DNA of 59,194 nucleotides from an uncultured Weeksellaceae bacterium (GTDB taxonomy: Bacteria; Bacteroidota; Bacteroidia; Flavobacteriales_D; CAYVSK01). The first letter of the stretch is position 1, and each line of letters opens with the position of its first letter. Location of the stretch: assembly GCA_964537825.1 (NCBI GenBank), contig CAZIDL010000005.1:1-59194 (forward strand), in the 5' to 3' direction. Below are positions 15,939 through 25,071 of this stretch, piece by piece. A model generated the notes under the pieces. It had not been told where the DNA came from, searched no databases, and saw only the letters and a list, made by a program, of their open reading frames with translations. A program made the position numbers and the translations under genes.

Positions 15939-17294
15939 ATGCGTTTCAACAGTATCGTTCCCTTTCCGGTCCTCTTCCTCTTCTTTTTCCTTCCTTGGCT
16001 GGCTCAACAGGATGGAGTGAAGGTCGAGCATGATCTTCCGGAACGGGTAGCTCCCGGAGAGAGCAAAGAGGTCACTCTACGGGTTCACAAAGGTGATCGG
16101 GGTGGCTTTGCAAAGTTGGAGCTCAATATACCGGATGGGTTCCGGGTGAAAGCTGTGGAAAAGAGCGGTGCTTCTTTTACGTTCGAGGACGGTGTCGCGA
16201 AGTTCATCTGGATGGCAATGCCCAAGGGAGGGCAATTCCTTGTGAAATATCGACTGATCGCAAAGAAAAAAGCAAAAGGAGAGCGGACCATCAGCGGAGA
16301 TCTTCGGTACATCGAAGAGAATGAGCGAAAAAGAACCCATATCGAGGAACGGACCGTCCGGATCCAAAAGAAAGCCGGAAAGGCAGAGCAAAATGAAGCG
16401 GATGAAGGAACCCAAACGGCCGGGGATACGGGACAGGGCATCAAGATCCGGCGCAAGATCAAAAAAGTAGAGGAGCGCCGGTTCAAGGTCCGCCTTAAGC
16501 TCCGGAAAGGAACGACCAAAGGGTTCGCCAAACTTGTGGACCGGGTCCCGAAAGGATTCGATGCTTCCCCAGAGGAGAGCATGGAAGCGACCTTCACTTT
16601 CCAGGATCGGAAGGTGAAGTTCGTTTGGATGCAAATGCCAAGGGCTAAGTCTTTTTGGGTTCAATACCAGCTCGAGGCAAAGAAGGCAAAAGCAGGGAAG
16701 TATTCGATCGAGGGGACCTTTTCCTTCCTGAGGGAAGGGAACAGCATCGATAAAAAGATCGCTCCCTCTAGATTGGAAGTGAGCGCCCCCCTTGCAAAGA
16801 AAAGTTCCAAGGATACGGCCAAGGCCGGTCAAGGCAACGATGATGAAGCTTCTGAGAGGACCGCAGAAGCGGATAGCAGCATGGGGTCTTCCGAGGATAG
16901 CGTTCAAAAAGCCAGCGACGAGCAGGAAAAAAGCACCGCAACAGCTTCGGGCGAAGGGGAAGAAGAGAGCCCGGACAGTTTGACCGGTGATGTGCCAGCT
17001 CCTCAAAAAGGGATCGACTTCAGGGTTCAGATCTGTGCCGGACACGATCCTGTCGAATCGGACCATTTTTCCAGGGTCTATGGTTATGAAGGGGATTATG
17101 ATATCGACCATCACGAAGGGTGGATCAAGTACCTGACCGGAAAGTTCGAGCGGTATAAAAAAGCGAGGGACAAACGGGTCCATTTCCGCCAGAACTTTGA
17201 CCTTCCGGGGCCTTTCGTGACCGCCTACAACGATGGAGAGCGGATCACGGTTCAAGAGGCTTTGATGGTCACTGATCAGGAATGGGTCCAGTAA
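15939..17294 (+). CDS. Secreted protein with an internally duplicated ~90-aa domain, an acidic low-complexity linker and a C-terminal SPOR-like domain
   Basis: 451 aa with a signal peptide (VLFLFFFLPWLAQQ). The duplication is ...GFAKLELNIPDGFRVKAVEKSGASFTFEDGVAKFIWMAMPKGGQFLVKYRLIAKKKAKG... versus ...GFAKLVDRVPKGFDASPEESMEATFTFQDRKVKFVWMQMPRAKSFWVQYQLEAKKAKAG.... The C-terminus IDFRVQICAG...GWIKYLTGKFERYKKA...GPFVTAYNDGERI is SPOR-like. Confidence 0.6.
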   Translation: MRFNSIVPFPVLFLFFFLPWLAQQDGVKVEHDLPERVAPGESKEVTLRVHKGDRGGFAKLELNIPDGFRVKAVEKSGASFTFEDGVAKFIWMAMPKGGQFLVKYRLIAKKKAKGERTISGDLRYIEENERKRTHIEERTVRIQKKAGKAEQNEADEGTQTAGDTGQGIKIRRKIKKVEERRFKVRLKLRKGTTKGFAKLVDRVPKGFDASPEESMEATFTFQDRKVKFVWMQMPRAKSFWVQYQLEAKKAKAGKYSIEGTFSFLREGNSIDKKIAPSRLEVSAPLAKKSSKDTAKAGQGNDDEASERTAEADSSMGSSEDSVQKASDEQEKSTATASGEGEEESPDSLTGDVPAPQKGIDFRVQICAGHDPVESDHFSRVYGYEGDYDIDHHEGWIKYLTGKFERYKKARDKRVHFRQNFDLPGPFVTAYNDGERITVQEALMVTDQEWVQ

Positions 17295-17356
17295 AAGGCG
17301 TTTCTGCATCGCCCGATCTGAACAAAATCTTACTTTGGTCGTAAAACTGGGGCCCT

Positions 17357-19483
17357 ATGATGGGGGTATCTATGCGGTACCTTTGCGTTTTTTTGATCTT
17401 CCAGTTCTTTTTCGGGGTGCTCACCTCGAAGGCTCAGACCGCTGCGGATACTGCTTCATCCGAGGAAAGTGATACCAGCGACTTTCTTTTTCGGCCCACG
17501 GTCGGTCTGGGTGTTGGAATGCTTACGTTCTACGGGGATGTGGGAAAGAACCATCGCTTCTACCATCCAACCGTCAGCCGCGTGGGTTATGAACTGAAGG
17601 TCAGTAATCCATTAACCCCTTATCTCGATCTTGGGTTTCATGTGATGCGGGGGAAGTTAGGGGCGAATGAGCGCTTTCCGAAGCGGAATCTCAATTTCGA
17701 GTCCCGCATCACCACTGGCGGGTTCAACCTCACCTATAATTTCGACAACCTTTTGCCCAAGGACCGAAATGTAGAGCCTTACCTCTCGGTCGGCTTGGAA
17801 TCCTTCGAGTTCTTGTCCAAAACCGACCTTTACGATGAGAACGGGAACCGTTATCATTACTGGTCTGATGGGACGATACGGAACATGCCCGAAAATGCTT
17901 CCAATGCGGATGAAGCGAAGACCATCACCCGGGATTACACCTATGAGACCGACCTTCGGGAGCTCAACCTTGACGGGTTCGGGGATTATCAGGAACGATC
18001 CTGGGCCGTTCCCGTATCGGTTGGTGCGGAGATGCATCTCTCGGATCGGGTGGATCTCCGGCTCTCCTCTACGATGTACTTTACTTTTACCGATTACATC
18101 GACAATGTGACGCACCAGAGCAAAGGGCATCGCCAGGGCGATCCTCAGAACGACAAATACCTTTATAGTTCCGTATCCCTCCATTACGATCTTCATTACA
18201 CCCCCTTTAAAGAAGAGGAACCCGAAGAAAAAGCGGTTCCCCTGCGAAAATTCAAGTTCGATGGGGCTGATGAGGATGCGGACGCCGTCGTAGATTTTCT
18301 TGACGAATGCCCCCATACCCCGATGGAGGTCTCTGTGGATAGCAATGGTTGTCCACTCGATCAAGATGGGGATGGGGTCCCGAACTACACCGATAAGCGC
18401 TTGGATTCACCGGATTCCATGCTTCGCCGCGTGGACACTTCAGGTATCGCTCTTAGTGATCCAGAGCTCAAGCATCGGTACCTCGTTTTCATGGATTCTA
18501 CTGGAAAATATACAGAGCCCAAGGATACGGTCTATTCTCAGTCGGTGATCGAAGGGGAGCTACCTCTCCCTTCAAAGGGGAAAGAGGTTGAGAAGGACTA
18601 TCCCAGAAAGCGTTTCATGGTGAAGGTGGGGCAGAGCACCAAGGGAATATCAGCCAAGGAACGGCAACGCTTGCTGAGCATTTCAGACGTGCGGACGATC
18701 GATAAAGGGGATACGGCAATATACGTGGTCGGTAATTACGAAAACCTTCCGGACGCTGTAAGAAGGAAATTCGAACTTGAGGCCCAAGGGATCGAGGGAG
18801 ATGTGATATCCAAACAGGGGGATCGGATCAAGAAAGAAGAGGTTACGTATGCCCAGCCCGATGAAGCTTCGGGTAAGGATGTTGGTGATGCTTCTGATAA
18901 GAAGAACAATGTGGTCTTCAGGGTCCAGCTAGGTGCTTTCAGTCAGTCCCTGAGCCGGAATATTTTCGATGACGTTCCCAACTTGCTGGTGATCCATGGT
19001 GATGATGATCTTGTACGGTACGTGGCCGGATCATTCAATTCCATCCGGGATGCCGCTGAGCATAAGACGGAAATGCTGTTGAAAGGGTATGAGGATGCGT
19101 TTATAACGGCTTATCGGAACGGGAAGCGGATCCCTCTCGAAGAGGCCGGTGCTAAGGTTGTCGGTGAAGAGGATATGAGCAAGGTCCGTTCAGGTTCTGT
19201 CAACAAGGACCTTATCAGCTTTGCTGTTCAGATCGGAGCTTTCGAGAAGGATATTCCCACGCCCAAACTGCGGAGTTTCATGAGCTTAGGTGAGGTTAGG
19301 ACCAGCGTGGAGGACGGGATCACCAAATACCTCTATGGAGATTTCGGATCGCTGAAAGCTGCGGAAAAAGCGGTTGAAAAAGTGAAAGAAGAGGGTGTCG
19401 AAGGTGCTTTCGTGGTCGGGCTTTTCAAGGAGAACGTTATCCCTGCCAAGGAAGCTGAGCGGCTGTTGAAAAAGGAGGAATAA
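17357..19483 (+). CDS. Outer-membrane beta-barrel / thrombospondin-type-3 repeat / multi-SPOR-domain protein
   Basis: 708 aa with a signal peptide ending SKAQT. The N-terminal region has alternating-hydrophobic beta-barrel character. A Ca-binding TSP3-like stretch follows (DEDADAVVDFLDECPHTP...CPLDQDGDGVPNYTDK). Two C-terminal SPOR-like units are present (VVFRVQLGAFSQ..., FAVQIGAFEKD...). Confidence 0.6.
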   Translation: MMGVSMRYLCVFLIFQFFFGVLTSKAQTAADTASSEESDTSDFLFRPTVGLGVGMLTFYGDVGKNHRFYHPTVSRVGYELKVSNPLTPYLDLGFHVMRGKLGANERFPKRNLNFESRITTGGFNLTYNFDNLLPKDRNVEPYLSVGLESFEFLSKTDLYDENGNRYHYWSDGTIRNMPENASNADEAKTITRDYTYETDLRELNLDGFGDYQERSWAVPVSVGAEMHLSDRVDLRLSSTMYFTFTDYIDNVTHQSKGHRQGDPQNDKYLYSSVSLHYDLHYTPFKEEEPEEKAVPLRKFKFDGADEDADAVVDFLDECPHTPMEVSVDSNGCPLDQDGDGVPNYTDKRLDSPDSMLRRVDTSGIALSDPELKHRYLVFMDSTGKYTEPKDTVYSQSVIEGELPLPSKGKEVEKDYPRKRFMVKVGQSTKGISAKERQRLLSISDVRTIDKGDTAIYVVGNYENLPDAVRRKFELEAQGIEGDVISKQGDRIKKEEVTYAQPDEASGKDVGDASDKKNNVVFRVQLGAFSQSLSRNIFDDVPNLLVIHGDDDLVRYVAGSFNSIRDAAEHKTEMLLKGYEDAFITAYRNGKRIPLEEAGAKVVGEEDMSKVRSGSVNKDLISFAVQIGAFEKDIPTPKLRSFMSLGEVRTSVEDGITKYLYGDFGSLKAAEKAVEKVKEEGVEGAFVVGLFKENVIPAKEAERLLKKEE

Positions 19484-19505
19484 GTCCGATCTTGCCAAGA
19501 ATCTT

Positions 19506-19545
19506 AAAAAAAGCCCGCTCCCTTGAAAGGAAGCGGGCTTTTTTA
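19506..19545. terminator. Bidirectional intrinsic terminator between convergent genes
   Basis: AAAAAAAGCCCGCT-cccttgaaagga-AGCGGGCTTTTTT. It has an 8-bp GC-rich stem flanked by an A-run and a T-run. This is the only clear Rho-independent terminator I see in the window. Confidence 0.8.
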
Positions 19546-19570
19546 GCTCTTGTTTTCCTTCTGCTCGAAC

Positions 19571-20539
19571 TTAGACCTTCTCAGCTTTCAAGCTTTGAAT
19601 GATCTTATCGGCAAGTTCCACACCGATCCGCTCCTGAGCTTCGTTGGTAGCAGCACCAATGTGCGGGGTGAGTGAGATCTGCTCGTGATCGAGCAGATCC
19701 TTCCGCGGGGTGGGCTCGTTCTCGAAGACATCGAGGCCGGCACCCGCGATCTTTCCGGATCCGAGTCCTTGGAGGAGGGCATCCTCGTCGATAACGCCAC
19801 CGCGGGCAGCGTTGACAAGGATCACTCCATCTTTCAGTTTGTCGATCTCCTCCTGCCCGATGACAGCACTTCCGTCTTCCTGCTTAGGTACGTGAAGCGA
19901 AATAATATCGCTTTGTTGGAGGAGTTCGTCCTTGCTGATCGTAGAGACTTCTACTTTGGCCGGGTTGGTGCCAGCGATCTCGACTTCCAGCTCAGCCTTG
20001 TCGACATAGGGATCATGAGCAACGACCTTCATGCCACATCCCAGGGCGTATTGAGCCGTGAACTGCCCGATCCGGCCAAAACCGATAATGCCCAACGTCT
20101 TCCCGCGAAGTTCCTGCCCTTTGCCGTACTTCTTTTTCAAGGACTTGAAGTCGTCAGCTCCTTTTTGAGGCATTTGCCGGTTGGCATCCTGGAGGGAGCG
20201 GGAAACGGTGAAGATGTGTCCGATGATAAGTTCTGCCACGGACTGGGAGGGCGCTCCCGGGGTATTGACGACTTCGATGCCTTTTTCTTTGGCGTGCTCG
20301 ACGTCGATGTTATCGACCCCGACCCCGCCACGGCCGATGAACTTGAGACCGGGACAAGCGTCGATCAAGTCCTTGCGGACCTTGGTCGCGCTTCGGACGA
20401 GCAGAGCCACATAGCCGTTATCATTGATCGCCTGGGGCAGATCGTCCTGTTCGACTTTTTCGGTGTCTACCTGGAATCCGGCACTCTCAAGCTTTTCCTT
20501 TCCGGATTTGGAGATGCCGTCGTTCGCTAGGATCTTCAT
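19571..20539 (-). CDS. serA: D-3-phosphoglycerate dehydrogenase (D-2-hydroxyacid dehydrogenase family)
   Basis: 322 aa. NAD-binding GIIGFGRIGQ motif and a catalytic R/E/H-type C-terminal region (LTPHIGA). It sits next to serC. Confidence 0.8.
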   Translation of the reverse strand: MKILANDGISKSGKEKLESAGFQVDTEKVEQDDLPQAINDNGYVALLVRSATKVRKDLIDACPGLKFIGRGGVGVDNIDVEHAKEKGIEVVNTPGAPSQSVAELIIGHIFTVSRSLQDANRQMPQKGADDFKSLKKKYGKGQELRGKTLGIIGFGRIGQFTAQYALGCGMKVVAHDPYVDKAELEVEIAGTNPAKVEVSTISKDELLQQSDIISLHVPKQEDGSAVIGQEEIDKLKDGVILVNAARGGVIDEDALLQGLGSGKIAGAGLDVFENEPTPRKDLLDHEQISLTPHIGAATNEAQERIGVELADKIIQSLKAEKV

Positions 20540-20564
20540 ACGTTCTTTGGGTTTTTAGTTGTTC

Positions 20565-21653
20565 TTATTGCTCGACCTTGCTGTATTTTTCACTGAACTC
20601 CTTCATCACGGATACGAGCGCTTCGATGCTCTCCTTCGGTAGAGCGTTGTAGATGGACGCCCTATATCCACCGACAGAACGGTGTCCCGGAAGGCCGATG
20701 ATCCCAGCTTCTTGCCACATCTTGTCGAAATCTTCCTTGTGCTCATCGTCCTTCATGATGAAGGTTACGTTCATGTGGGAGCGGTCTTCTTCCGCAGCGA
20801 CCCCTTCGAACATGGGGTTGCGGTCGATCTCTTCGTAAAGGATCCTCGCTTTTTCAGCATTTCGCTCTTCCATGCCTTGAACGCCTCCGTTCTTCTTGAT
20901 CCAGTCGAGCACGCATTTGCAGGCGTAGACCGCGTAAACAGAGGGCGTATTGTAGATCGAGTCCTTGTCATCGTGGACCTGAAAGTCGAGGATCGAGGGG
21001 ATATCCCGCCCCGTCTTACCAAGGATGTCCTGATTCACAATGTAAAGGGTGGTCCCTGCAGGGCCCATGTTCTTTTGGGCTCCAGCATAGATAAGGTCGA
21101 ATTTCTCGATGTCTATCGGACGGCTGAAGATGTCGGAGGACATGTCGCAAACCACCGGTATATCAGCTTTCGGGAATTCCTTGAATTGCGTCCCGAAGAT
21201 GGTATTGTTGGAGGTGAGGTGTAGGTAATCGGCATCCGTGGGGATCTGGTAGTCCTTCGGAATGTGGTCGTGATTGGAATCGGCGGAGGAAGCGATCACC
21301 TCTACTTCTCCAGTTTTCTTGGCCTCTTTGATGGCCTTTTTAGCCCAGCTACCCGTCTCGATGTAGGCAGCTTTCCCGTTCTCAGCCTTCATGAGGTTCA
21401 TCGGGACCATATGGAAACCCAGGCTCGCTCCTCCCTGGAGGAAGAGCACACTGTAATTATCGGGTAGGTCTAGAAGCTCACGGACCCGGTCCTGGGCTTC
21501 TTTCATGATCTGCTTGAACTCCTTGGAACGGTGGGATATCTCGAGAACGCTGAGCCCGCTACCGTCGAGGTCCTTTGCACCTTTTGATACTTCGTCGATC
21601 ACCTCCTCCGGGAGGATGCTCGGACCTGCATTGAAATTATGGACCTTGCTCAT
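20565..21653 (-). CDS. serC: Phosphoserine aminotransferase
   Basis: The track ORF extends to 21827 and overlaps the next gene. The ATG at 21653 gives MSKVHNFNAGPSILPEEV, the canonical SerC N-terminus (362 aa). The PLP-Lys region YAGAQKNMGPAG is present. Confidence 0.9.
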   Translation of the reverse strand: MSKVHNFNAGPSILPEEVIDEVSKGAKDLDGSGLSVLEISHRSKEFKQIMKEAQDRVRELLDLPDNYSVLFLQGGASLGFHMVPMNLMKAENGKAAYIETGSWAKKAIKEAKKTGEVEVIASSADSNHDHIPKDYQIPTDADYLHLTSNNTIFGTQFKEFPKADIPVVCDMSSDIFSRPIDIEKFDLIYAGAQKNMGPAGTTLYIVNQDILGKTGRDIPSILDFQVHDDKDSIYNTPSVYAVYACKCVLDWIKKNGGVQGMEERNAEKARILYEEIDRNPMFEGVAAEEDRSHMNVTFIMKDDEHKEDFDKMWQEAGIIGLPGHRSVGGYRASIYNALPKESIEALVSVMKEFSEKYSKVEQ

Positions 21654-21680
21654 TCCTGTTCTGTTTTTTGGTTCGGAAGA

Positions 21681-21694
21681 CCCCTTATAAGGGG
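21681..21694. promoter_or_regulatory. Perfect 14-bp palindrome CCCCTTATAAGGGG in the serC 5' leader
   Basis: Read directly, about 28 nt upstream of the serC start on the minus strand. No flanking T-run, so it is not a typical terminator. Confidence 0.2.
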
Positions 21695-21777
21695 CTGAAT
21701 GGGCGTACAAATGTCTGAATATTTTTTCGGAAAAACATAGTTCACCCCCCCTCGATGGAGGAGCGAAAGATGCCGCA

Positions 21778-22572
21778 TTATCGGAATTCTCGCAGGTAGC
21801 GGGAAAGCTCTTTCCGACTTCGCTCAAAGTTCAGCGCTTTTCGGACCTCTTCGTAGTTCTTCTGGTCGAAGGTTCGGCCATAAGCATATTTAGCAAGGTC
21901 CAGACGGTTCTCCTCATAGTCGAGGGCCCGCATAAGGGCGGCTACTTGTGAGCTCAGCACACAGCGATCCGCGATCCGTTCTTTGGCCATACGGATGCGT
22001 TCCTTTTCGAAGATGGCATGCTCCACCTTCTTCAGGATGCCGTCGAATCGATCGCTCTGCATCGGATCGGTGCAACCGCTGGAACCTTCATAGGAGGCGA
22101 TGAAAGCTGAATCAACCTGAGGTAGCGGGGATTTTTCGGATGTCATCAAACTGACACTGCTGTCTTGCTTCTTTCGCGCACTCCCTTTTCCTTCGCTCCG
22201 GATCTCCGATATCAAATTCCACTCACGTCCTTCATTCCCTTCCAAGGGGCTAAGAGCATAGGTCCGGGAAGCCCGGCTTTTGATTTGAATGCCCTGCTCG
22301 AGTTTTGGGATCGTGGTGTCCGGGTAGCGGATCAAAAGTTCGTGGGAACCGGCTGGAATGCTGTCCACGGTGATCCGTGGACTTCCCTGGTCCTTGCTCT
22401 TTCGTTCACCGTTCAACCAGAGATGAAAAGGGATACCTGCTTCATCGTAAATGGTGAGCTTGGAACTTCCTTGCCCCCATGCTCGGGGGATGGAAAGGGA
22501 TAGGAAGAGCAGAAGGGAAAGAACGGTCCTGCACTTGCTGATTTGCTTCCTTTCCGAGGGCTTGCTTCTCAT
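21778..22572 (-). CDS. DUF4476 domain-containing secreted protein
   Basis: 264 aa with a signal peptide. The C-terminal block SSQVAALMRALDYEENRLDLAKYAYGRTFDQKNYEEVRKALNFERSRKEL matches my recollection of the Bacteroidota DUF4476 repeat. Confidence 0.65.
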   Translation of the reverse strand: MRSKPSERKQISKCRTVLSLLLFLSLSIPRAWGQGSSKLTIYDEAGIPFHLWLNGERKSKDQGSPRITVDSIPAGSHELLIRYPDTTIPKLEQGIQIKSRASRTYALSPLEGNEGREWNLISEIRSEGKGSARKKQDSSVSLMTSEKSPLPQVDSAFIASYEGSSGCTDPMQSDRFDGILKKVEHAIFEKERIRMAKERIADRCVLSSQVAALMRALDYEENRLDLAKYAYGRTFDQKNYEEVRKALNFERSRKELSRYLREFR

Positions 22573-23561
22573 TCCTTAGGATCGTTCCACTTCTGAGACT
22601 GCGTACGCTGGTTCTCGGGCTCCACCTTTTTCTTGAAAGCCCAATGCCCTGCTTTTTTCCAAACGTACGCATTGAAGAGGAGATCGGGACCGTAGAATTC
22701 GTACATCCCTTTTAGGTCAGGTCGTTCCGGGACCAGCTGGTTGAAAACGATCCGGTCCTTTTCCTTTTCATAGCGCAGGGACATCACGGCGTCATCGGTG
22801 TATTCGAAAATGACGCGCTGCTTGGGGCGTTCTTTCTTACTCCGTCCACGGGTGGTGCGTTGTCTTCTTCGGCGTTCCTTTTCCCGCCAATCTTCCTTCT
22901 CATCGTCCTTTTCTGCTTTTTTGAAGACCGGAAGGCCGAAAAGGGGGTTGCCTTTTTCATCGAAATGCAGTATCTCGATCATTTTCCGGGTGGTGAGCTG
23001 ATCCTTACCCTCCCATCCCAGAAGGGTGTAGAAAGCATCGCCGTTCCGTTCTTTTCGGATGATCCGGTAGTAGAGGGAGGGTATCCATTCGCCGGTACTC
23101 AGTTCCATCCTTTCGAGTTCTCGCTTCCGCATGCCCCCTCCGGACTTCTTGTTCCGTTCGGAAGCATCGCGTATCGGATCCAGTCGAGTGAGCTCCGTCC
23201 TTCCGTTAGCGTTCTTGTAGAGAATATAAGCGAAGTAGGTATGGGTCCCATCGTTGTGGGCAATGTTCCAATTGAAAAGGCGAAATTTCTTATCCGGGGC
23301 ATAAAGGATCCCGATCTGCTTGCCAAGCTTGGGGAAGGAGGCATCAAAGGCCTCGTTTTGCTTCAGGATGGATCGCATTTGCTCTTCGAAGCGTTCCCCG
23401 AGGGAATCCCTGGCCTCGTCCTTTTCGCATTCCAGGATCCTTTCATAGAGTGCCAGCGCACTGTCCTTTTCCCCTTGCATTGAGAGGGAGGGCGTTCTTC
23501 CGATCGCAAAGGAAGCGAGGAAGCTAAGAAGGAATAGGAGGGCCGTTCCTTGCTTTCTCAT
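22569..23561 (-). CDS. Hypothetical secreted protein with a highly basic internal insert
   Basis: 330 aa with a signal peptide (ALLFLLSFLASFAIG). Coding-like composition and a 4-nt overlap with the downstream gene. I recognise no family. Confidence 0.5.
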   Translation of the reverse strand: MRKQGTALLFLLSFLASFAIGRTPSLSMQGEKDSALALYERILECEKDEARDSLGERFEEQMRSILKQNEAFDASFPKLGKQIGILYAPDKKFRLFNWNIAHNDGTHTYFAYILYKNANGRTELTRLDPIRDASERNKKSGGGMRKRELERMELSTGEWIPSLYYRIIRKERNGDAFYTLLGWEGKDQLTTRKMIEILHFDEKGNPLFGLPVFKKAEKDDEKEDWREKERRRRQRTTRGRSKKERPKQRVIFEYTDDAVMSLRYEKEKDRIVFNQLVPERPDLKGMYEFYGPDLLFNAYVWKKAGHWAFKKKVEPENQRTQSQKWNDPKE

Positions 23562-23594
23562 AAGGAAGTGAGGGCTAGCTTGGGCCCAGCTGGA

Positions 23595-23945
23595 TCATTC
23601 ACCGTGAAGGGCCTTTTTCTTTTCGAGGAGCTGCTCTTCGCTTTCAGGATGCTCCTCATCGTCCACACAACAGTCAACGGGACAAACGGCCGCACATTGT
23701 GGTTCGTCGTGGAAGCCTACACATTCCGTGCACTTGTCCGTGACGATGTAGAAGAACTCTTCGCTTTTAGGAGCTTGTTCGATCTCCGCATCATACTCCG
23801 CTCCGGAAGGAGCTGTGATCGTACCCTGCAGGCTCGTTCCGTCAGCGAAGCGCCAGGGTTCTCCCCCTTCATAGATCGCGTTGTTGGGACACTCCGGTTC
23901 GCAAGCGCCGCAATTAATGCATTCTTCTGTGATCTTGATCGCCAT
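23595..23945 (-). CDS. 4Fe-4S dicluster ferredoxin
   Basis: 116 aa. Cluster motifs [12 protein letters not shown] and [18 protein letters not shown]. Confidence 0.85.
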   Translation of the reverse strand: MAIKITEECINCGACEPECPNNAIYEGGEPWRFADGTSLQGTITAPSGAEYDAEIEQAPKSEEFFYIVTDKCTECVGFHDEPQCAAVCPVDCCVDDEEHPESEEQLLEKKKALHGE

Positions 23946-24010
23946 CTGAGGGGCTTTCGTAATTTCGCTCGTGCAAAGGTAAGAAGCTTACCGCCGGCTG
24001 GGCGGATCCG

Positions 24011-25045
24011 ATGGCGTTGGAAGAAAGAAAGGAAGCCCTTATCGACCTGAGTTCCTCGCTCGAAAGGGTGCTGAACGGAAATGCGAAGGATACTGAGGAA
24101 TCGGCCTTGGGCAGGGAACTTGAAGAGTCCGTTCTTCGGAACCCTTGGTTCACGCCCTATCAAATGCGGGTTTCCCTTTCATCCTTAGCGGAAATGCTCC
24201 GCAAAGAGGCCATCGATCGCTGGATCGCCCCTTATGAAGATGAAATAAAAGAAGCGGAGAGCGGTCGTCCGGTCCTTCTGATCCTGGCAGGCAACATCCC
24301 ATTTGTGGGTATGCAGGATGTTCTGGCTGTTCTACTTTTCGGCCATAAGGCTCTGATCAAACCTTCTTCAAAGGATGACCGTTCCCTCCCGCGGCTCCTG
24401 GATCTGTTGCGCCGTTACGATGTCTTCGAGGACCGGATCGAAGTATTGGAAGGGCCGAGCGGAAAGCCGGATGCCGTTATCGCTACGGGGAGCGATAACA
24501 GCACGCGCTATTTTTCCTATTATTTCGGGCATTTACCCCACACATTCAGGGGGAACCGCTGCGGAGTGGCTGTTCTGAAAGGGGATGAGAGCGATGAAGA
24601 GCTTCGGGCTCTTATGCAGGACATCTTTCTTTATTATGGGAGAGGGTGCCGTAACGTTTCCAAGCTTTTTGTACCGGAGGATTGGGATCCTTCTCGCTTT
24701 CTCCAGCTCCTCGATGAACAGGATCAGTTGAAGGAGCATCAGAAGTACATGAACAACTACGCTTACCACAAGGCCATCTATCTGATGAACGGGGAGCGCT
24801 TCTACGACGGAGGTACGCTTTTGCTCAAGGCGGATGATGACCTTGTCTCACCTTTGGGGGTGCTCTTCTATGGAACATATTCCGGAGAGAAGGAACTCGA
24901 AGAGCACCTTGACCGACACGCAGATGAACTTCAATGCATCGTAGGACGTGGATACACCCCTTTTGGAAAGGGTCAATTCCCTGAATTGGGCGAACACGAA
25001 GCCGAAAAGGACCCGCTCGCCCTATTGGCCGAACTTCGCGGCTGA
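24011..25045 (+). CDS. LuxC-like acyl-CoA reductase family protein
   Basis: 344 aa. The call rests on overall resemblance and on the conserved Bacteroidota arrangement next to the small ferredoxin and serC/serA. It is from memory, with no diagnostic motif verified. Confidence 0.55.
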   Translation: MALEERKEALIDLSSSLERVLNGNAKDTEESALGRELEESVLRNPWFTPYQMRVSLSSLAEMLRKEAIDRWIAPYEDEIKEAESGRPVLLILAGNIPFVGMQDVLAVLLFGHKALIKPSSKDDRSLPRLLDLLRRYDVFEDRIEVLEGPSGKPDAVIATGSDNSTRYFSYYFGHLPHTFRGNRCGVAVLKGDESDEELRALMQDIFLYYGRGCRNVSKLFVPEDWDPSRFLQLLDEQDQLKEHQKYMNNYAYHKAIYLMNGERFYDGGTLLLKADDDLVSPLGVLFYGTYSGEKELEEHLDRHADELQCIVGRGYTPFGKGQFPELGEHEAEKDPLALLAELRG

Positions 25046-25071
25046 ACCCGGAAGCATCCTACTCCCTCTTC

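Noticed and set aside
16077-17309. 410-aa minus-strand ORF opposite the 451-aa SPOR protein
   Set aside because: The plus-strand product has a signal peptide, an internal domain duplication and a SPOR-like C-terminus. The minus-strand translation is Pro/Leu/Phe/Arg-rich nonsense.
19685-20530. 281-aa plus-strand ORF opposite serA. Similar cases are 34576..35547 opposite pckA, 11243..11947 opposite the SLT gene, 20682..21224 opposite serC and 17657..18364 opposite the OMP/SPOR gene
   Set aside because: All are antisense shadows of genes with strong family motifs, and none has recognisable motifs of its own.
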